Shown here: positions 59,482-64,000 of the stretch, in pieces
Numbering within the stretch: position 1 is the stretch's first letter
Layout: every line of letters starts with the position of its first letter
Translations under genes and position numbers: made by a program
From: an uncultured delta proteobacterium
Lineage (GTDB): Bacteria > Desulfobacterota > Desulfobacteria > Desulfobacterales > JAFDCJ01
Direction of reading: 5' to 3'
Length of the DNA: 64,000 bases
NCBI GenBank assembly: GCA_963769935.1
Contig: CAVYNY010000009.1
Location: 160,001-224,000, forward strand
The notes under the pieces: generated by a model
Seen by the model: the letters and a program-made list of their open reading frames with translations, nothing else
Told to the model about the DNA's origin: nothing
Database searches by the model: none

Positions 59482-61638
59482 ATGTCGTTAGAAAAGATTC
59501 TAAACGCGGAATCCGTGGCCATCGTCGGAGCTTCCAGAAATGAGACCAAACGCGGATATCAGTCTATCCGGACCCTGCTGGACGAAAATTACGCGGGCCG
59601 GATCTATCCGGTCAACCCGAAGGAAAAAAGCATCCTCGGATTTAAATGCTATAAAAGAGTGGCCGATATCGAAGGACCCGTGGATGTTGCTCTGGTGGCC
59701 ACCCCGGCCGCAACGCTGCCGGCTGTGCTGGAGGACTGCGGTCAAAAGGGCGTAAAAGGTGCGGTCGTATTGGCGGGCGGGTTCGGTGAAGCGGGAGCAA
59801 GCGGCAGGAAACTGGAAGAAGAAATGGTGGCCGTGGCCAAAAGGCACAACATCCGTTTGATCGGCCCCAACACCTCGGGAATGATAAACCTGCATGAAAA
59901 CTTAAATTTAGTCGGCCTGAAAGATGCACCTCCGGGCGACATCGCCCTTCTCACGCAGAGCGGCAACATGGCGCTGACCTTGATTACCGAAGCCAAAATA
60001 AAAAGCCGCAAAGGATTTTCCTACTATGTCGGCGTCGGCAACGAAGCCGATATCAAATTCCACGAATATCTGGAATTTTTCCGCCGGGAGCCAAATACCC
60101 GGGCCATTTTGATGTACGTGGAGGGACTGCGCAACGCCCGCGAATTCATACAGCAGGCCCAGAACACGACCCTTGAAAAGCCGATTATTCTGCTTAAGAG
60201 CGGTCGCACATCCACCGGCAAAAAATCCGCGGGCTCCCATACCGGCGCTCTGGCGGGCATCTCCGAAGTAGCCCGGGGAGCATTCAAACGCGCCGGCATT
60301 ATTGCCATTGAAAATTCCGACGAATTGTTTCCGGTGGCTGAAACGCTTTCGAGTCTGCCGCCGATTAAAAGCAACAGTGTGGCCATTTTAGCAGACGGCG
60401 GCGGTCACGCGACCATTGCGGCCGATCTCTTGACCGACCTGGGTGTCAGTCTGCCCGAGCTGAGTGAAAAAACCCAGAAAAGTCTCAAAAAAATGCTGCC
60501 GGAGGCGGCCTCCGTGCCGAATCCCGTGGACGTGGCCGGCGGCACGGATGCCGACCCGTCGATTTTCGCGGACTGCGCGGATATCATTCTAAAAGATCCC
60601 AATGTCGGCGGCCTTTTAATCGTGGGGCTTTTCGGCGGTTACGGCATCCGGTTCGCCAAGAGCCTGTCTTGGATGGAGGAGGATGCCGCCCACCGAATGG
60701 GCAAGATGGTTAAATCACGCAACAAACCGATTGTGCTGCACAGCCTCTATACATCTGAAAAACCGCACGCCCTGGATCTGCTGCGTTACTATAATATTCC
60801 GGTTTTCGACTCCCTGGATGTGGCGGTCAAATGTACCAGCGCGCTGGCCGAGTACGGCAGCTATCTCAAAAGCTATCATCCCAAAGACACCTTTGAGTTG
60901 ATTTGGGGAGCCCGGGCCAAACCGGAGGGCGAAACAATTATACGGACCGCCCGTGAAGACGGACGCCAAACCCTGCTGGAATATGAAGCCAAACGGCTGT
61001 TTGCCCTGCACGGTGCACCGGTCAGCGGGGACCTGCTGGCCAAAACCGCTGATGAGGCCGCCGAAATCGCCGCCAAAGCCGGCGGTGATGTGGTGCTCAA
61101 AATTGTCTCCCCGGACATACTTCACAAATCCGATGCCGGTGGGGTGCGGGTTAAGCTTCACACGCAAAAAGAAGTCCGACAGGCGTTTAAGGAAATTATC
61201 CAAAACGCGCGGCATTATAATCCCGCTGCCGATATACGGGGGATATTGGTATCTCCCATGGCCGCCGAAGGCGTGGAGGTGATTATCGGCACCAAATACG
61301 ATGATCAGTTTGGTCCGGTCATCATGTACGGCCTGGGCGGAATCATGGTCGAGGTATTGAAAGATGTCGCGTTTCGCGTCATCCCCCTCACACCCACCGG
61401 TGCCAGGAAAATGATCGAAGAAACCAAGTCATACCCCATTCTGAACGGCGCCAGAGGCAAGCCGCCGCTGGACAAAAAGGCCATCTCCAAATTATTGATG
61501 CTGTGTTCTGAAATCGTTGTCGCTTACCCCGCCATCCAGGAGTTGGACCTCAATCCGGTGATCGTGCATCAAAATGGTATAACGATAGTTGATGCGCGGA
61601 TTATTTTGAAGACAGATGAAAACTTCTCCAACAGCTGA
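59482..61638 (+). CDS. ADP-forming acyl-CoA synthetase (acetate--CoA ligase family, fused alpha/beta)
   Basis: VAIVGAS, GPN, QSG, SHTGALAG (phospho-His), NPVD, HKSDAGGV, ELDLNP. Confidence 0.92.
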   Translation: MSLEKILNAESVAIVGASRNETKRGYQSIRTLLDENYAGRIYPVNPKEKSILGFKCYKRVADIEGPVDVALVATPAATLPAVLEDCGQKGVKGAVVLAGGFGEAGASGRKLEEEMVAVAKRHNIRLIGPNTSGMINLHENLNLVGLKDAPPGDIALLTQSGNMALTLITEAKIKSRKGFSYYVGVGNEADIKFHEYLEFFRREPNTRAILMYVEGLRNAREFIQQAQNTTLEKPIILLKSGRTSTGKKSAGSHTGALAGISEVARGAFKRAGIIAIENSDELFPVAETLSSLPPIKSNSVAILADGGGHATIAADLLTDLGVSLPELSEKTQKSLKKMLPEAASVPNPVDVAGGTDADPSIFADCADIILKDPNVGGLLIVGLFGGYGIRFAKSLSWMEEDAAHRMGKMVKSRNKPIVLHSLYTSEKPHALDLLRYYNIPVFDSLDVAVKCTSALAEYGSYLKSYHPKDTFELIWGARAKPEGETIIRTAREDGRQTLLEYEAKRLFALHGAPVSGDLLAKTADEAAEIAAKAGGDVVLKIVSPDILHKSDAGGVRVKLHTQKEVRQAFKEIIQNARHYNPAADIRGILVSPMAAEGVEVIIGTKYDDQFGPVIMYGLGGIMVEVLKDVAFRVIPLTPTGARKMIEETKSYPILNGARGKPPLDKKAISKLLMLCSEIVVAYPAIQELDLNPVIVHQNGITIVDARIILKTDENFSNS

Positions 61639-61729
61639 GACGGTTCTCTATTTCTTGCCGGCAGACAACAAGAATGCTAAAATAAACATACATGTGAATT
61701 TTGATCTGGAACCGTAAGTTACTATCGCA

Positions 61730-62266
61730 ATGATAAAATGCCCAAGATGCAACCTCCAACAGGACGAATCATCGCAATGCGAATATTGCGGGCTGATTTT
61801 CAATGAATTTGTGGAATCAGCCCGGACCTCAAAGACTGTCGATCGCATACGGACGGCATTGTTCGTCATCATTCTGCTGGCAGCAGGCGTTTTGCTTACC
61901 TTTATTTGGTTTAATTCTTCTCAGCAAAAATCGGGCGAAGAATCGGAGATCACCGCCGGTTCAAGTGTAAAAGCGCAAGGAAAAGAGGAAGATAAACTAT
62001 GGGCGACGGCTAAAGAACTGTCCGGTGATGTCGGAGTTATGAAAAGCCTTGCCGGCGGCTCCACCAAGGGAAGTATAATTGCTATGGTTGTTTTCAGCAT
62101 CATCGGGATAGGCTATTTTACCTATGGGAAAAAGAGCCACCAAATTTTAATGGTTGTCTGCGGCATTGCGCTGATGGTATATTCCTACTTCGTGAAAGGT
62201 ACCGTCCATATTGTTTTGGCCGGCGCAGGTCTGAGTGCTTTGCCCTTTATTTTCAGCAGAAAATAA
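61730..62266 (+). CDS. Hypothetical membrane protein with N-terminal zinc ribbon
   Basis: CPRC...CEYCG; one TM helix, then a C-terminal IGIGYFTYGKK...ALMVYSYFV membrane domain. Confidence 0.75.
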   Translation: MIKCPRCNLQQDESSQCEYCGLIFNEFVESARTSKTVDRIRTALFVIILLAAGVLLTFIWFNSSQQKSGEESEITAGSSVKAQGKEEDKLWATAKELSGDVGVMKSLAGGSTKGSIIAMVVFSIIGIGYFTYGKKSHQILMVVCGIALMVYSYFVKGTVHIVLAGAGLSALPFIFSRK

Positions 62267-62303
62267 AAAGGGCATTTCATCATATTATGACGAAATGCCC
62301 TTT
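62267..62303. terminator. Bidirectional rho-independent terminator
   Basis: AAAGGGCATTTC/GAAATGCCCTTT stem between convergent genes. Confidence 0.8.
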
Positions 62304-62322
62304 GGTAATTTAAAATGGGTTA

Positions 62323-62523
62323 CTAAACGACGGTTACGTTGACTGCAGCCGGACCTTTTTTGCCCTGCTCGATCTCAAAGGTAACCCGGTCGCCTTCATA
62401 AAGCGCTTTAAAGCCGCTGGCATTGATTCCGGAATGATGAACAAAGACATCCGGACCATCTTCTTGCTCGATAAAGCCGTAGCCTTTGCTGCTGTTAAAC
62501 CATTTGACTACTCCATTCGCCAT
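62323..62523 (-). CDS. Cold-shock protein (CspA family)
   Basis: GVVKWFN..KGYGFI (RNP1), DVFVH (RNP2); 66 aa; AAGGAG RBS. Confidence 0.96.
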   Translation of the reverse strand: MANGVVKWFNSSKGYGFIEQEDGPDVFVHHSGINASGFKALYEGDRVTFEIEQGKKGPAAVNVTVV

Positions 62524-62650
62524 GGTGACATTCTCCTTTCTTAAAAATTCTCATAGTTCCAAACTGCAGGTTGTCACTTCGACAAATGGATCTTGCCTTC
62601 AGAACGAAACCGGCCCGCCAATGAAGGACGGACCTTTATTGATTGTTTCA

Positions 62651-62678
62651 AGTATAACATCAATTTCAATAAAATCAA
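62651..62678 (-). promoter_or_regulatory. Probable cold-shock gene promoter TTGATT-16-TATACT with extended -10 TG
   Basis: Implies a 5' UTR of about 120 nt, as is usual for csp genes. Confidence 0.5.
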
Positions 62679-62699
62679 GATAAATTAATAGAATTTTTT

Positions 62700-63025
62700 T
62701 TGGTTGGGATGGTTGGGATGGTTTTGAGCGTTAGGATCGTTAAGAGGGTTAAGATCGTGGGGGACGTTGAGGTCGTTGATCGTTTATTGTTGATGGTACG
62801 TAGTTGGCAGCTGATAGAAAAATAGATTAGATAAACTCTCCAGGAGGGGGCGTCATGGCCGCGAAGGCGGGCATCCAGAAGCTTTTCCTCAATCGGCCAC
62901 CCTTTAAACTACGAACTATCAGCTATCAACTTTGAACTTTATTATCTGTCCTGCTATGCTGACACCTGAAACCTTTTTTCTATCTTCTGTCATCTGTCTT
63001 CCGTCAACTGTCCTCCGACCTCGGT
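62700..63025. repeat. Mosaic of 9-mer and 7-mer tandem blocks
   Basis: tggttggga tggttggga tggttttga...; actatca gctatca actttga; 7-mers continue into the RND gene 3' end. Confidence 0.75.
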
Positions 63026-64000
63026 TTTCCGGCCCCGGCGGGTAAACAAATCGTGGATATCCCGGACAATCAGGTAAAGCGAGGGAACATAAAGCAGCGT
63101 TAGGATGGTGGCCGCCGTCAGGCCGAAGCAGATGCTTACGGCCATGGGAATCAGAAACTGGGCCTGAAAACTGCGCTCCAGCAGCAGTGGAAAAAGTCCG
63201 GCAACCGTGGTGACGGAGGTGAGCAGAACCGGCCGGAACCTGGCCTTGCCGGATTCAATTACGGCCTGTTGGACGTCAACCCCGTCGCGCACCGCCCGGT
63301 TGATGAAGTCGATCAGAATCAGCGAATCATTGACCACGATCCCCGAAAGGGCCACGATCCCGAAAACGCTGACGATGGTAAATTCCAGCCCCATCACGAG
63401 GTGGCCCAGAATGGCGCCGATAAGGCCGAAAGGAATGGCCGTCATAATTATTACCGGTTGCATGTAGGAACGAAACTGACTGGCCAGCAAGAGGAAGATA
63501 CCCATCATGGCCAGCAGGTACCCGCTTTTTATGCTGTTCAACGACTCACGGGTCCGCTTTTCCTGACCTTCAAAATCATAGGTCAACCCGGGATATCGTG
63601 CCGTCAGGGTCGGCAGAAAATTGGCCTGCAGATCTGCCACGATCATACTGGCATTGCCGATGGTTTCGTCAATATCAGAAATGACGGTGATGGTGCGTTT
63701 GCGGTCGACCCTGTTTATGACGGAGTAGGCCCTGCCGGGCGTTACGGCAGCCACCTCTTCTATGGGGATTTGCCCTCCATTGGAAGTGCGGATGCGCATT
63801 TCTTCTATTCCGGATAAGCTGCGTCGTTCTTCATCGGCATATCGCACCATGACCTTGACATCATCGCGCCCTCGCTGAATGCGCAGCGCTTCCTCGCCAT
63901 AAAACGCCTGGCGTATTTGCCGGGCAAGGTCCCGCATGGTGACCCCTATGGATCGCGCGCCTTCCCTTATCCGAACTTTTTGCTCCTGTTTGCCGGGCTT
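62990..64000 (-). CDS. RND efflux transporter permease (AcrB family), C-terminal part
   Basis: QFRSYMQP.IIM.AIPF, GIVVNDSL, RFRPVLLTS.TT.AGL.PL; frame runs off the window end. Confidence 0.93.
   Translation of the reverse strand, partial: KPGKQEQKVRIREGARSIGVTMRDLARQIRQAFYGEEALRIQRGRDDVKVMVRYADEERRSLSGIEEMRIRTSNGGQIPIEEVAAVTPGRAYSVINRVDRKRTITVISDIDETIGNASMIVADLQANFLPTLTARYPGLTYDFEGQEKRTRESLNSIKSGYLLAMMGIFLLLASQFRSYMQPVIIMTAIPFGLIGAILGHLVMGLEFTIVSVFGIVALSGIVVNDSLILIDFINRAVRDGVDVQQAVIESGKARFRPVLLTSVTTVAGLFPLLLERSFQAQFLIPMAVSICFGLTAATILTLLYVPSLYLIVRDIHDLFTRRGRKTEVGGQLTEDR

Overview
A gene-dense bacterial chromosomal segment. Gene content (tungsten-type aldehyde:ferredoxin oxidoreductase, octaheme cytochrome c, acetylene-hydratase-like enzyme, ADP-forming acyl-CoA ligase) suggests an anaerobe such as a Desulfobacterales-like deltaproteobacterium; this is an inference. 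In order: the end of a peptide ABC transporter operon with a sulfatase and a C45 peptidase; a small accessory island (non-canonical Fic gene, possible solitary integron-type cassette, AAA/DUF4143 pseudogene); D-aminoacylase; Mo/W enzymes; a Tat-exported MBL hydrolase divergent from a 1045-aa degenerate PHP-membrane protein; an Xre-RES toxin-antitoxin pair; alpha-2-macroglobulin/PBP1C; a hybrid histidine kinase; a PA2778/PA2779-like pair; an AttEFGH-like ABC system; an HAO-family cytochrome; an acyl-CoA dehydrogenase-rubredoxin fusion; an 844-aa atypical kinase-fold membrane protein; sixA; a cold-shock gene; and a partial RND pump. Intergenic DNA is unusually rich in degenerate 7/8/9-mer tandem arrays, MITE-like elements and dispersed repeats. 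No rRNA, tRNA, CRISPR array, integrase or transposase was recognised. All calls are from motif recognition by eye; no database searches were run.
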